DNA from: Candidatus Cloacimonadota bacterium
GTDB lineage: Bacteria; Cloacimonadota; Cloacimonadia; JGIOTU-2
DNA length: 64,000 nucleotides
Reading direction: 5' to 3'
Assembly: GCA_049903315.1 (NCBI GenBank)
Contig: JBNGBT010000005.1
Coordinates: 96,001-160,000 of the forward strand
Made by a program: the position numbers and the translations under genes
Shown here: positions 8,961-19,420 of the stretch, piece by piece
How the letters are laid out: each line of letters begins with the position of its first letter
Position numbering within the stretch: the first letter of the stretch is position 1
The notes under the pieces: model-generated
Told to the model about the DNA's origin: nothing
Databases searched by the model: none
What the model saw: only the letters and a program-made list of their open reading frames with translations

Positions 8961-11120
8961 ATGGATAGTAAGATAATTAGGATGGAAACTGAATTTGCCG
9001 GCAGAACGCTGACACTTGAAACCGGTAGAATGGCAAAGCAAGCGGGTGGTTCCGTGCTTGTGCAATATGGAGGTACGGTCGTTCTCGTTACTGCCACAGC
9101 TTCCAAAACAAGAAGAGAGGGAATAGATTACTTCCCACTTATGGTTGATTTTGTTGAAAAAATGTATGCTGCAGGTAAGATTCCAGGTGGGTTTTTCAAA
9201 CGTGAGGCAAGACCCTCAACTACCGCTACACTCGCAGCACGATTAATAGATAGACCTCTGAGACCTCTTTTCCCTGAAGGTTTCAGAAATGATGTGCACG
9301 TTGTTGTTACAGTGCTTTCATATGATAAAGAGAATTCTCCCGAAATGCTCGGAATGATAGGCGCATCTGCTGCTTTGAGCATTTCAGATATCCCGTTTCA
9401 TGGACCTATTGCTGGTGTTAATGTTGGATTAATAGATAACGAATTTATTATCAATCCAACAGTTGAGCAGTTTGCAACATCGCAACTCGATCTTGCAGTT
9501 GCCGGAAAAGAAAATGCAATTATGATGGTCGAAGCTGGTGCTCATGAAATCAGTGAAGAGACGATGCTTGACGCACTTACCAAAGCTCATGACAGCATTC
9601 GGGAATTGATTGTATTTGAAAATCAATTCATTGCAAAAGCTGCAAAACCAAAAGGCGAGTATGAGCTTGATGTAATTGATGAAGATCTTATTTCGGAAGT
9701 AGAAAAAGCGACTACAGAAAAAATACAGAACGCATTGAATATTTCAGATAAGCTGGAACGAAATGCAGCACTTGATGCTATTAAAGAAGAAGTGCTCGTG
9801 TCCTTTGAGGAAAAACTTCCTCCCGAAGAATTCGAACAGAAAAAAGTGCAGATCGCTGAGGCATTCGAAGGTAATCTCAAAAAGCTGATGAGAAAAAAGA
9901 TACTCGAAACCAATACCCGTGTTGACGGAAGAGGTTTAGATGATGTCCGGGACATCACATGTGAGGTAGATATTTTACCATTTACACACGGTTCTGCGTT
10001 GTTTACACGCGGAGAAACTCAATCTCTCGGCGTCGTAACTCTCGGAACGAGTTCTGATGAGAAAATTATTGATGAACTCGGTGAAGAGTATAAAAAGAAA
10101 TTCTACCTTCATTACAATTTTCCTCCATTCAGTGTAGGAGAAGCTGGTTTTATGAGAGGACCAGGCAGAAGAGAGCTTGGACATGGAAATCTTGCAGAGC
10201 GTTCTTTATTCCCAGTCATTCCTGAGGATGAAGAAAAATTTCCTTACACGATTAGAATTGTTTCAGAAATCCTGGAATCAAACGGCTCATCGTCAATGGC
10301 AACAGTGTGCAGCGGAACATTATCTTTGATGGCTGCCGGTGTACCAATCACAGGACCTGTAGCAGGCATCGCAAACGGACTCATTCTTGAAGATGATAAA
10401 TTTACTGTGCTTACAGACATCATGGGTATGGAAGATCATTACGGTGATATGGATTTCAAGGTTGCAGGAACTGATAAAGGTATTACTGCCCTGCAGATGG
10501 ATATCAAAGTGGAAGGCATCACTCACGAGATCATGACGGTTGCCCTGGAAAAAGCTCACAAAGGACGTTTCTTTATTCTTGATAAGATCAAAGAAACCAT
10601 TGCAGAACCACGTCCCGATATTTCACCCATTGCACCTCATATCGAGGTTATGAAAGTGAAAACGGACAGGATTGGCGATATCATCGGACCTCAGGGTAAG
10701 ATGATCAAATCAATTATTGAAGAAACCGGCGTAGCTATCGATATAGATGATGACGGAACTGTTCGTATTGCTTCTCCAGATAGAGATTCAATTCAAAAAG
10801 CACGAGAAAAAATTGCTGCGATCGTTGAAGAACCCGAAATCGGGAAGATCTATAACGGCGTAGTTAAAAATGTCCGTGAATTTGGTTGTTTTGTAGAATT
10901 TCTTCCCCGACAGGAAGGTCTTGTTCATGTATCGAATCTGGAAAACAAAAGAACTGAAAATGTTGCTGATGTCGTTGGATTTGGCGATAAAGTTAAGGTG
11001 AAAGTCATTGGCATTGATCGCGATGGAAAAGTCCAGTTGAGCATGAAGGACGTTGAAGGAGCTATCGTTGAACGCAATGAACGACCAAGACGCTCCGGTC
11101 CAAATAAAAAACGCTATTAA
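8961..11120 (+). CDS. pnp: Polyribonucleotide nucleotidyltransferase
   Basis: GKIPGGFFKRE, RRELGHG, LESNGSSSMA, GDMDFKVAG, KH and S1 domains. Confidence 0.98.
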   Translation: MDSKIIRMETEFAGRTLTLETGRMAKQAGGSVLVQYGGTVVLVTATASKTRREGIDYFPLMVDFVEKMYAAGKIPGGFFKREARPSTTATLAARLIDRPLRPLFPEGFRNDVHVVVTVLSYDKENSPEMLGMIGASAALSISDIPFHGPIAGVNVGLIDNEFIINPTVEQFATSQLDLAVAGKENAIMMVEAGAHEISEETMLDALTKAHDSIRELIVFENQFIAKAAKPKGEYELDVIDEDLISEVEKATTEKIQNALNISDKLERNAALDAIKEEVLVSFEEKLPPEEFEQKKVQIAEAFEGNLKKLMRKKILETNTRVDGRGLDDVRDITCEVDILPFTHGSALFTRGETQSLGVVTLGTSSDEKIIDELGEEYKKKFYLHYNFPPFSVGEAGFMRGPGRRELGHGNLAERSLFPVIPEDEEKFPYTIRIVSEILESNGSSSMATVCSGTLSLMAAGVPITGPVAGIANGLILEDDKFTVLTDIMGMEDHYGDMDFKVAGTDKGITALQMDIKVEGITHEIMTVALEKAHKGRFFILDKIKETIAEPRPDISPIAPHIEVMKVKTDRIGDIIGPQGKMIKSIIEETGVAIDIDDDGTVRIASPDRDSIQKAREKIAAIVEEPEIGKIYNGVVKNVREFGCFVEFLPRQEGLVHVSNLENKRTENVADVVGFGDKVKVKVIGIDRDGKVQLSMKDVEGAIVERNERPRRSGPNKKRY

Positions 11121-11126
11121 AATACT

Positions 11127-12230
11127 GTGAAAATTGCCTTAGTTGTAGGGGCTCGTCCTAACTTCATGAAGGTGGGTCCCGTCTACTTTGAACTAAAAAA
11201 GCATTCACGATATACACCGCTGCTTATTCATACCGGGCAGCATTACGACAAGAATCTCTCAGAAATATTTTTCGAACAACTCGGATTTCCCAAACCGGAT
11301 GTCTATCTTGGAGTGGGATCGGGTACTCACGGCGTACAAACAGCAAAAATAATGATCGCTTTCGAGCAATTCCTTCTACAGGAGAAACCCGATCTCGTAC
11401 TCGTTGCTGGTGATGTAAATTCTACAGTTGCCTGTGCGATCGATGCGGTAAAATTGCATATTCCTGTTGCTCATCTGGAAGCTGGATTGCGTTCATATGA
11501 TAGAAGAATGCCGGAAGAAATTAACAGGATTGAGACTGATTGCATATCGAATATGTTGCTCACACCCTCAAAAGATGCAGATGAGAATCTGTTTCGTGAA
11601 GGAATTTCAAAAGATAAAATTTTCTTAGTCGGCAATGCAATGATAGACTCACTCGTTAAATATGAGAAACAAGCAGAGCATTCGAAAAGTATGGACGAAC
11701 TTGGTCTTAAAAAGCATTCATATGCGCTGATCACGTTACACAGACCTAGTAATGTTGATGATAAAGATAACCTTGAGATAATTCTCGATGCTTTTTCTGA
11801 AATATCTGAGAAAATTCCACTTGTGTTTCCTATGCATCCACGTACAAAAAAACAGCTTTCGGTGTTTGGCTTAGAAGAAAAAGTTGATGCAATAACAAAC
11901 CTAAAACTCATAGATCCAATTGGTTATCTTGATTTTCTCAAACTTGAGAAATATGCACAATTCGTGCTTACAGACTCAGGCGGCATCCAGGAAGAGACGA
12001 CTGTCTTTGGTGTTCCTTGTTTGACTTTACGGGAAAACACGGAGCGTCCAATCACGATTGAACTCGGAACAAATCAACTGGTTGAGTTGAATAAAAATGT
12101 TATTGTTCAAAAAGTAACTACTATCCTGAATGGCACTTACAAAAAAGGAAGCATCCCGCCTTTATGGGATGGACATGCTGCAGAACGGATTGTAAAAGTG
12201 ATGGATGATTTTGATTATTCATTTCATTAA
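11127..12230 (+). CDS. wecB: UDP-N-acetylglucosamine 2-epimerase (non-hydrolysing)
   Basis: GARPNFMK, HTGQHYD, HLEAGLRS, TDSGGIQEE, TERP. Confidence 0.95.
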   Translation: MKIALVVGARPNFMKVGPVYFELKKHSRYTPLLIHTGQHYDKNLSEIFFEQLGFPKPDVYLGVGSGTHGVQTAKIMIAFEQFLLQEKPDLVLVAGDVNSTVACAIDAVKLHIPVAHLEAGLRSYDRRMPEEINRIETDCISNMLLTPSKDADENLFREGISKDKIFLVGNAMIDSLVKYEKQAEHSKSMDELGLKKHSYALITLHRPSNVDDKDNLEIILDAFSEISEKIPLVFPMHPRTKKQLSVFGLEEKVDAITNLKLIDPIGYLDFLKLEKYAQFVLTDSGGIQEETTVFGVPCLTLRENTERPITIELGTNQLVELNKNVIVQKVTTILNGTYKKGSIPPLWDGHAAERIVKVMDDFDYSFH

Positions 12231-12242
12231 AAGGTGGAAACA

Positions 12243-13250
12243 ATGAAAGTTTTAGTTACAGGAGGAGCCGGTTATATTGGAAGCCATACCTGCGTAGAAC
12301 TTCTCGAATCAGGACATGAAATCGTTGTAATAGACAATCTTTCCAACAGCAAACTGGAAGCACTGGAACGGGTCAAAGAGATTACTGGAAAGGATTTAAT
12401 ATTTTATAAAATTGATATCCTTGATAGAGATGGCTTGAGAGAAGTTTTTTCTCAACACTCGTTTGATGTAGTCATTCACTTTGCCGGACTTAAAGCAGTG
12501 GGCGAATCAGTGGAAAAACCACTTCTATATTATTATAATAATGTGAGTGGTTCCATTACTTTGTTTGAAGTTATGCAGGAATACAATGTGAAAAATATTG
12601 TATTCAGCTCATCAGCAACTGTATATGGTGATCCGCAAACTGTTCCAATTAAAGAAGATTTTCCACTTTTCCCGGCAAATCCATATGGGCAGACTAAATT
12701 GGAAATTGAGCAAATTCTTAAAGATCTATATGCGTCTGACAATTCGTGGAACATAGTGCTACTTCGCTATTTTAATCCTGTCGGAGCTCACTCAAGCGGA
12801 ACAATCGGTGAAGATCCCAATGGTATCCCAAATAATTTGTTTCCCTTTATTTCACAAGTCGCGATTGGAAAGTTAGAAAGACTTTCAGTTTTTGGTGATG
12901 ACTATCCAACTGATGATGGAACCGGAGTAAGAGATTATATACATGTAGTTGATTTAGCAAAAGGACATTTAAAAGCTCTAAAAAAAATCACTCAAAAGGC
13001 TGGACTTACTATTTATAATTTGGGAACTGGAAAAGGGTATAGTGTGCTGGAAATTGTACGTGCATTTGAAAATGCTTCTGATAAAAAGGTTCCTTATACA
13101 GTTGTTGAACGCCGCTCAGGAGATATTGCGGTCTGTTTTGCTGATGCTGCTCTCGCAGAAAAAGAACTTGGATGGAGTGCCGAAAAGAGCATTCTTGAAA
13201 TGTGTGCGGACGCCTGGAAATGGCAGTCAAATAATCCAAATGGATACTAA
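12243..13250 (+). CDS. galE: UDP-glucose 4-epimerase
   Basis: [46 protein letters not shown]. Confidence 0.97.
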   Translation: MKVLVTGGAGYIGSHTCVELLESGHEIVVIDNLSNSKLEALERVKEITGKDLIFYKIDILDRDGLREVFSQHSFDVVIHFAGLKAVGESVEKPLLYYYNNVSGSITLFEVMQEYNVKNIVFSSSATVYGDPQTVPIKEDFPLFPANPYGQTKLEIEQILKDLYASDNSWNIVLLRYFNPVGAHSSGTIGEDPNGIPNNLFPFISQVAIGKLERLSVFGDDYPTDDGTGVRDYIHVVDLAKGHLKALKKITQKAGLTIYNLGTGKGYSVLEIVRAFENASDKKVPYTVVERRSGDIAVCFADAALAEKELGWSAEKSILEMCADAWKWQSNNPNGY

Positions 13251-13273
13251 ATTTATTACTTAGGAGATAGAGT

Positions 13274-14602
13274 ATGAAAATTTCTGTTGTTGGTTCTGGC
13301 TATGTTGGACTCGTAACTGGTGCATGCCTTTCCGATGTGGGGCATATTGTTACATGTGTGGATAATAACAAAGATAAGATAGATATGCTCAATCGTGGAG
13401 AGATGCCTATTTTTGAAAAAGGTTTGAAAGAGCTTGTTAAAAATAATGTCGAAGATAAGAGATTATTCTTCACTACGGATATAAAAAAAGCAACAGAAGA
13501 CGCTCAGGTCATTTTCATCGCTGTGGGCACACCTCCCGATGAAGATGGTTCTGCAGATCTTCAATATGTTCTCTCAGTTGCAAAAGATATCGGAAATTAT
13601 ATGAACGGTTACAAAGTTGTGGTTGATAAATCAACTGTGCCTGTCGGAACTGCTGATTATGTAAAATCAACTATCTCTGACGTTTTAAAAAGCCGAAAAG
13701 CAGACTATGAATTTGATGTGGTTTCTAATCCCGAATTTCTCAAAGAAGGCGTTGCAATAGATGATTTCATGAAGCCGGATAGAGTTGTTATTGGTACTGA
13801 TAGCGAACGGGCAAAAAGCCTCATGCACGAAGTATATTCAGCATTTACTTTGCAGCATGATAGAATTATTTTTATGGGGATCCGCTCAGCGGAAATGACC
13901 AAATATGCTGCAAATGCCATGCTTGCAACCAAAATTTCATTTATGAATGAGATTTCACGATTATGTGAAGAAGTCGATGCAGATGTGGAAGATGTGAGAA
14001 CTGGGATTGGTTCAGACCACAGAATCGGTTACAGCTTTATATATCCCGGAATCGGCTATGGAGGATCATGCTTTCCGAAAGATGTGAAAGCTCTGATCAA
14101 GATAGCGCATAAACATAATTCAACTGCGAAAATTCTCGAAGCTGTGGAAGAAGTGAACGATGAGCAAAAATTAGTAATGGTAGAAAAAATAATAAGGCAT
14201 TTCGGAGAAGATCTCAAGGACAAAGTATTTGCCATGTGGGGGCTTTCCTTCAAACCTATGACAGATGATATGCGAGAAGCACCCTCTATAGTAATTATTC
14301 GCGAGCTTGTGAAAAGAGGTGCCAAAATACACGCATACGATCCTGAAGCAATGAAAGAAGCAAAACGTATATTCGGTGAAAATCCAAATATACAATATTT
14401 CGATGACCAATATTCTGCGTTACAAGATGCAAATGCCTTGGTTCTGGTTACAGAATGGAGACAGTTCCGTAAACCGGATTTTGAGAAAGTTCATTCTTTG
14501 CTGAAAGAAGAAATTATCTTTGATGGAAGGAATCAGTACGAGCCCGATCAAATAAAAGAATCAGGATTTGTCTATTACTGTATTGGACGTCCTGATAAAT
14601 AG
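13274..14602 (+). CDS. ugd: UDP-glucose 6-dehydrogenase
   Basis: GSGYVG, SNPEFLKEG, GYGGSCFPKD, DDMRE. Confidence 0.95.
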   Translation: MKISVVGSGYVGLVTGACLSDVGHIVTCVDNNKDKIDMLNRGEMPIFEKGLKELVKNNVEDKRLFFTTDIKKATEDAQVIFIAVGTPPDEDGSADLQYVLSVAKDIGNYMNGYKVVVDKSTVPVGTADYVKSTISDVLKSRKADYEFDVVSNPEFLKEGVAIDDFMKPDRVVIGTDSERAKSLMHEVYSAFTLQHDRIIFMGIRSAEMTKYAANAMLATKISFMNEISRLCEEVDADVEDVRTGIGSDHRIGYSFIYPGIGYGGSCFPKDVKALIKIAHKHNSTAKILEAVEEVNDEQKLVMVEKIIRHFGEDLKDKVFAMWGLSFKPMTDDMREAPSIVIIRELVKRGAKIHAYDPEAMKEAKRIFGENPNIQYFDDQYSALQDANALVLVTEWRQFRKPDFEKVHSLLKEEIIFDGRNQYEPDQIKESGFVYYCIGRPDK

Positions 14603-14612
14603 GGAGCAAGAT

Positions 14613-15098
14613 ATGTCAGTATTTTTCTATAACCAAGACAACATCAACACAGATTTGATGTTTCCTGGAAAATATACGTATGAATCTTCAGATGTGGACT
14701 TTATTAAGGAGCATTTGTTCGAAGATCTTGATGTCGGATTTTCGAAAAATGTGAAACCGGGAGACATTATATTTGGAGGAAAGAATTTTGGTTGCGGATC
14801 ATCGAGGGAGCAGCCATCTGTGGGTTTAAAAGCTTTTGGAATTAAGGCAATTGTCGCCAAATCATTTTCAAGAATATTTTACCGCAGTGCGACAAATCAG
14901 GGATTACTCTTGATCGAAAGCCCGGAAGCTGTTGAATATTATTCTGATGGAGACAAGGTCGAGGTTGATGAAAACAAGGGAATGATAAAAGTGGGCGACA
15001 AAGAGTTTTCCTTTCCTCCTCTTCCCAAGCAAATGCGGGATATTATCAATGAAGGTGGACTTTTATTACATATAAAAAATAAAATAGTTGACGAATAA
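14613..15098 (+). CDS. 3-isopropylmalate dehydratase/homoaconitase small-subunit family protein (LeuD/HacB/DmdB-like)
   Basis: DNINTD..FPGKY, NFGCGSSRE, SFSRIFYR; ATG at 14613 after agggag. Confidence 0.88.
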   Translation: MSVFFYNQDNINTDLMFPGKYTYESSDVDFIKEHLFEDLDVGFSKNVKPGDIIFGGKNFGCGSSREQPSVGLKAFGIKAIVAKSFSRIFYRSATNQGLLLIESPEAVEYYSDGDKVEVDENKGMIKVGDKEFSFPPLPKQMRDIINEGGLLLHIKNKIVDE

Positions 15099-15145
15099 TA
15101 AAAAATAGAGTCAACATCGTAACTAAATAAATTTCAGGGGGCTTC

Positions 15146-15547
15146 ATGGAAATTAAACAACTTATCAAAGAGATTAAAGAAAATCTCGAAAAATCTGCAA
15201 ACACAAAATCAATATTCGGCGACGTTATGAAACTCGATGGTATATCGATAATACCTGTCGGCTCTTTTACAATGAAAGGCGGCGGGGGTGGCGGTATCGG
15301 TAGTATGGGAACAAAAACTGAAACTGAATTAGAAGATGACGAGTCAGGATCTAAAACAGGTAAAGGTGGCGGTCTAGGCATGACCGTCGATGTCAATCCT
15401 GTTGGTTATATTAAAATCAAGGATGGCAATGCAGAGTATGTTGAAATTATCGACAAAACGCGTGTCATACTCAACACTCTAAAAGTTCTCATTTTCATCG
15501 TTGTTGTCTCAGGCATCAAGAGTCTCTTTAAACGAAAAAAGAAATAA
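15146..15547 (+). CDS. GerW/YtfJ family protein
   Basis: IFGD.....G..IIPV.....GGGGGG ... GGG.G..V.PVGYI; C-terminal TM. Confidence 0.8.
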   Translation: MEIKQLIKEIKENLEKSANTKSIFGDVMKLDGISIIPVGSFTMKGGGGGGIGSMGTKTETELEDDESGSKTGKGGGLGMTVDVNPVGYIKIKDGNAEYVEIIDKTRVILNTLKVLIFIVVVSGIKSLFKRKKK

Positions 15548-15558
15548 TTGGAGCACCA

Positions 15559-16263
15559 ATGAATAAAACTTCTGCATGGATACTCAGCTTCGGATTGATC
15601 ATCGCAGCACTTGTGTTCGGAATTTTCTTTTATGGATCACGACAGATTGACCAAACAGTGAGAGTAGTAGGATATTCTACCTGTGATTTTGAAGCAAACA
15701 TTGTAAAATGGAGTTTTACTTTCTCGGAAACTATACCAACAGGAAACCTTACCACAGGATATCAAACGATGAATGACAAGCTTCAAACACTGAAAAGAAT
15801 ATGGAATAAGCTAGCGATTTCATCTGAGGACTTCAATATACAACCCATCACTGTGAGAAAGATGTATGGACAATATGGAAAAATTGAAGGCGACATTCTC
15901 GAACAGAATATTTTCATCATCTCAAAGGACCTTGATGCAATTGAAAATCTCGCAATTAATCCTATAGATTTTACTAAAGAAGGTCTGGCTTTTGAGTACT
16001 CAAACATGCAGTATTTCTCAACCGATCTCCCTGATATTAAAATGAAATTACTTGGAGATGCGACAGAAAATGCTATCGAGAGAGCAAACGAAGTTGCCAA
16101 ATCAACTGGAAGTAAAGTTAAAAAAATAACTTCAGCACGCACAGGTGTTTTTCAGATCACAGAACCTTACTCAACGGAGTTTTCTGATTATGGAATGTAC
16201 CAAACTTCGACGAGAAAAAAATCAATCCGCGTAACAGTTACCTGTACGTTTACTATCAACTAG
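15559..16263 (+). CDS. SIMPL (DUF541) domain protein
   Basis: N-terminal TM, TVRVVG, AT.NA..RA...A, ARTGVFQIT, K..RVTV...F. Confidence 0.85.
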   Translation: MNKTSAWILSFGLIIAALVFGIFFYGSRQIDQTVRVVGYSTCDFEANIVKWSFTFSETIPTGNLTTGYQTMNDKLQTLKRIWNKLAISSEDFNIQPITVRKMYGQYGKIEGDILEQNIFIISKDLDAIENLAINPIDFTKEGLAFEYSNMQYFSTDLPDIKMKLLGDATENAIERANEVAKSTGSKVKKITSARTGVFQITEPYSTEFSDYGMYQTSTRKKSIRVTVTCTFTIN

Positions 16264-16278
16264 TCCGATGGAGGACAA

Positions 16279-16662
16279 ATGAGCTTACGAGAAGATGTTT
16301 TTGCCTGGTTCAAAGCACATCCAGAAGAATTAAAGAAAGAAGGATATGGCTCAAATGCCGCATTAAGGAATGCCTTTCCTAATGAAGACAGAAAAACTCT
16401 TTCAAAGTATAAGATCCAATATTCAAAAGATATGAAAGAAGAAAATCTGTCTGAAAAACCTGTGGAAAAAGTGAAAAAAGAGATCAAAGAGGAAATATCT
16501 CAGGAAGATCTTAAAATTGGTGATCGAGAATTTGATGAGATAATCAATAAAATGAAAGAATGCCCCGCAGCTGGTTTCATAAAAAAGAATCATTTCTTCA
16601 TTTTAGCAGGTCTTGTTTTTATTATTATCTTTTTCATTTTCAATCCATTTAAAAAGGATTAG
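16279..16662 (+). CDS. Hypothetical protein with C-terminal membrane anchor
   Basis: ggagg SD, charged body, hydrophobic C-terminal helix. Confidence 0.7.
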   Translation: MSLREDVFAWFKAHPEELKKEGYGSNAALRNAFPNEDRKTLSKYKIQYSKDMKEENLSEKPVEKVKKEIKEEISQEDLKIGDREFDEIINKMKECPAAGFIKKNHFFILAGLVFIIIFFIFNPFKKD

Positions 16663-16687
16663 CAACGATAAGATTTCAGTCTTCTAA

Positions 16688-17614
16688 ATGAAGTTCACTT
16701 TCATTAAACAAAAGATAATGAATCAAGTGCTTTATGCACTTATTCCCATTTTATTATACGCCATTTATCTCTTTGGATGGCGTGTTTTATTTATAGTGCT
16801 TATTACCAATCTATTTGCTTTTCTTACTGAATACATTTTTATCAAAAACAAACCTAAGGGCAAAGTATCGACCGCCGTTTTTGTGACAGGAAGTCTTCTT
16901 GCACTCACTCTCCCACCAACGATCCCATTGTGGATGGCAGCAGTCGGCGCAGTCGTAGCAGTAAGTTTTGGAAAAATGGTCTTTGGCGGTTTTGGAATGA
17001 ATATGTTCAATCCTGCAATTGTAGGTAGGACTTTTTTATACATCGCTTTTCCCAATGCAATGACAGTACAATGGATGAAACCTTTCACTTCTTTACCTGG
17101 GGGATTTTCACATTTTTCTCAAGCACAGTATGTGACAGCTGCCACACCGATGATACAATTTAAACAAGCAGGTGTGATCACAGAAATGCCTAAACTCTTT
17201 TTTGGAATGATACCCGGTAGTATTGGAGAGACATCTGCTTTATTAATAATAATTGCAGCACTCTATTTGCTTTTTACAAAAACTGCAAAATGGCAGCCAA
17301 TGGTTACAACTCTTTTCAGCTTTATAATTTTCACACTGATCTTTTACGGGAAGAATCCATTATTTTTTCTCTTAAGCGGGGGTATCATGTTTGGTTCTGT
17401 TTTTATGGTTACAGATCCGGTCTCGATGCCTAAAGAGAAATATTCAATCTGGATATATGGTATTTTAATAGGTTTTCTCACTGTTTTCATCAGGAAGTTT
17501 TCTCTCTTTGCAGAAGGATTTATGTTTGCTTTGCTCATCGCAAATACATTTATGCCAATTATTGAATATGCGATGAAGAAACTTACTTCAAAAAATATAA
17601 AGCCAGTGGTATAA
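16688..17614 (+). CDS. RnfD/NqrB family membrane subunit
   Basis: VTG.LLAL.LPP, K.VFGGFG.N.FNPA..GR, FMN-attachment-like TAATP, GSIGETS, FM.TDPVS. Confidence 0.92.
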   Translation: MKFTFIKQKIMNQVLYALIPILLYAIYLFGWRVLFIVLITNLFAFLTEYIFIKNKPKGKVSTAVFVTGSLLALTLPPTIPLWMAAVGAVVAVSFGKMVFGGFGMNMFNPAIVGRTFLYIAFPNAMTVQWMKPFTSLPGGFSHFSQAQYVTAATPMIQFKQAGVITEMPKLFFGMIPGSIGETSALLIIIAALYLLFTKTAKWQPMVTTLFSFIIFTLIFYGKNPLFFLLSGGIMFGSVFMVTDPVSMPKEKYSIWIYGILIGFLTVFIRKFSLFAEGFMFALLIANTFMPIIEYAMKKLTSKNIKPVV

Positions 17615-18234
17615 TGCAAGCACAGAAGAAGCTTTTTTCTGAGACGAAATTCTATCCCATTTTTTTTATGATCATGATAACGATAATTTGTGTGGGTATT
17701 CTGACCACCTTCTATCATATGACCAACAAGCGCGTTGAAGATTATCAAGCGTTACAAATTCAGAAACAGGTTTTGGAAACTTTCGAGCTTTCCACTGAAG
17801 CTGTTTCAGAAGATTATCACAAATATATAACAATGCATACAAGAGACACCCTCACATTCTATGAAGCAAAGAGAGATAATAATGTGATCGGTCATTGTTT
17901 TCCTGTTCAGGGAAGCGGCTTATGGGGAACGATTCGGGCACTTGTTGCACTTGATAAAGATATGTCGAAGATAATTGGTTTCACAATTGTTGAACAGAAT
18001 GAAACTCCAGGACTCGGAGCAAGGATAACAGAAAAGTGGTTTTTGGATCAGTTTAAGAATAAACCAATAGGTAGCAATAATAAAGTTATCAAATTCACTC
18101 TCATTCCCGAGGATGAAAAAGCGAACAAAACAGAGATACAACAAATAACCGGTGCAACTGCGTCAAGCAGAGCTGTCGTGAATATCTTATATAATAACCT
18201 TGTCGAGATCATACAAAAAATCAAAAATTCATGA
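17614..18234 (+). CDS. RnfG/NqrC family FMN-binding subunit
   Basis: N-terminal TM, GLWG, ETPGLG, ITGAT FMN-attachment motif. Confidence 0.92.
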   Translation: MQAQKKLFSETKFYPIFFMIMITIICVGILTTFYHMTNKRVEDYQALQIQKQVLETFELSTEAVSEDYHKYITMHTRDTLTFYEAKRDNNVIGHCFPVQGSGLWGTIRALVALDKDMSKIIGFTIVEQNETPGLGARITEKWFLDQFKNKPIGSNNKVIKFTLIPEDEKANKTEIQQITGATASSRAVVNILYNNLVEIIQKIKNS

Positions 18235-18830
18235 CCAAAAAACAGATACTACTCAATAGTCTTTTTACGGAAAATGCTGTCTGGAGGCAGATCCTCGGTA
18301 TTTGCTCTGCACTGGCTGTGACAAATCTCATTATGAATAGTCTTGTCATGGGCTTGGGGGTGATCTTTACTCTCGCGTGCTCAAGCTTCACTATCTCACT
18401 TCTGCGCAATTATATTCCTAATAGAATTCGTATGATGGTCCAGGTGCTCATTATTGCCTTCTTTGTGATCATTGTGGATTTATTTCTTAAGGCATTTCTC
18501 CCGAATATAAGTCATGCTCTGGGACCGTATGTAGGACTTATAATTACGAACTGCATAATAATGGGAAGAGCGGAAGCATTTGCATCTAAAAACACACCTG
18601 TTAATTCAGCAATAGATGGGATTGGAGCAGGTGCCGGTTATGCGCTTGTGCTGTTGATCATTGCTTTTTTCCGCGAATTATTAGGATTCGGAACAATTTT
18701 CGGTGTGCAGGTTTTAGGAACTTGGTGGACGAAATGGTCGATCATGATTATGGCGCCAAGCGCATTCTTTATGCTCGCACTGCTCATGTGGTTTGTCTAT
18801 ACTATGAAAACAAAAACAGGGAAAAATTAA
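18231..18830 (+). CDS. RnfE/NqrD family subunit
   Basis: LGICSALAVT, GLIITNCIIMGRAEAFA, RELLG. Confidence 0.92.
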   Translation: MTKKQILLNSLFTENAVWRQILGICSALAVTNLIMNSLVMGLGVIFTLACSSFTISLLRNYIPNRIRMMVQVLIIAFFVIIVDLFLKAFLPNISHALGPYVGLIITNCIIMGRAEAFASKNTPVNSAIDGIGAGAGYALVLLIIAFFRELLGFGTIFGVQVLGTWWTKWSIMIMAPSAFFMLALLMWFVYTMKTKTGKN

Positions 18831-18831
18831 T

Positions 18832-19419
18832 ATGGGAATCAGTGCATTCATCATCTTTATGGCAGCAATCTTCACGAGTAATATTTTACTCACGAATTTT
18901 TTGGGAATGTGCTCTTACCTCTCAGTATCAAAACAAGTCGAATCTTCAATAGGATTGGGGCTTGCAGTGTTTTTTGTGATGACATGTACAACTGCTCTGA
19001 ATTACGCAGTATATTATTTTATACTTGTGCCTTTCGATCTTATATATCTTCAATATATCATTTTTATTATTATAATTGCTGCATTTGTACAGCTCATAGA
19101 GATGGTGATCGAACGGTTCTCTCCCGTGCTTTATTACTCGTTGGGAATTTTTCTGCCGCTCATTACTGTCAATTGCGCGATACTCGGAGTATCACTTTTT
19201 ATGATCATCAGGCACTATACTTTTATACAATCTGTTGCGTTTGGTGCGGGAAGCGGAATCGGGTGGATGCTTGCAATTCTTGCTCTTGCGGGTATCCGCG
19301 AAAGAGTCAATGAAAAATTTGTTCCAGTTGGTTTGCGTGGTGCAGCTCTCAGTCTGATAATCACGGGCATTATGGCACTTGGTTTTATCGGTTTTTCCGG
19401 TATTGCAGTTATTCAATAA
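18832..19419 (+). CDS. RnfA/NqrE family subunit
   Basis: N..L..FLGMC, LGIFLPLITVNCAILG, GIRER. Confidence 0.92.
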   Translation: MGISAFIIFMAAIFTSNILLTNFLGMCSYLSVSKQVESSIGLGLAVFFVMTCTTALNYAVYYFILVPFDLIYLQYIIFIIIIAAFVQLIEMVIERFSPVLYYSLGIFLPLITVNCAILGVSLFMIIRHYTFIQSVAFGAGSGIGWMLAILALAGIRERVNEKFVPVGLRGAALSLIITGIMALGFIGFSGIAVIQ

Positions 19420-19420
19420 A

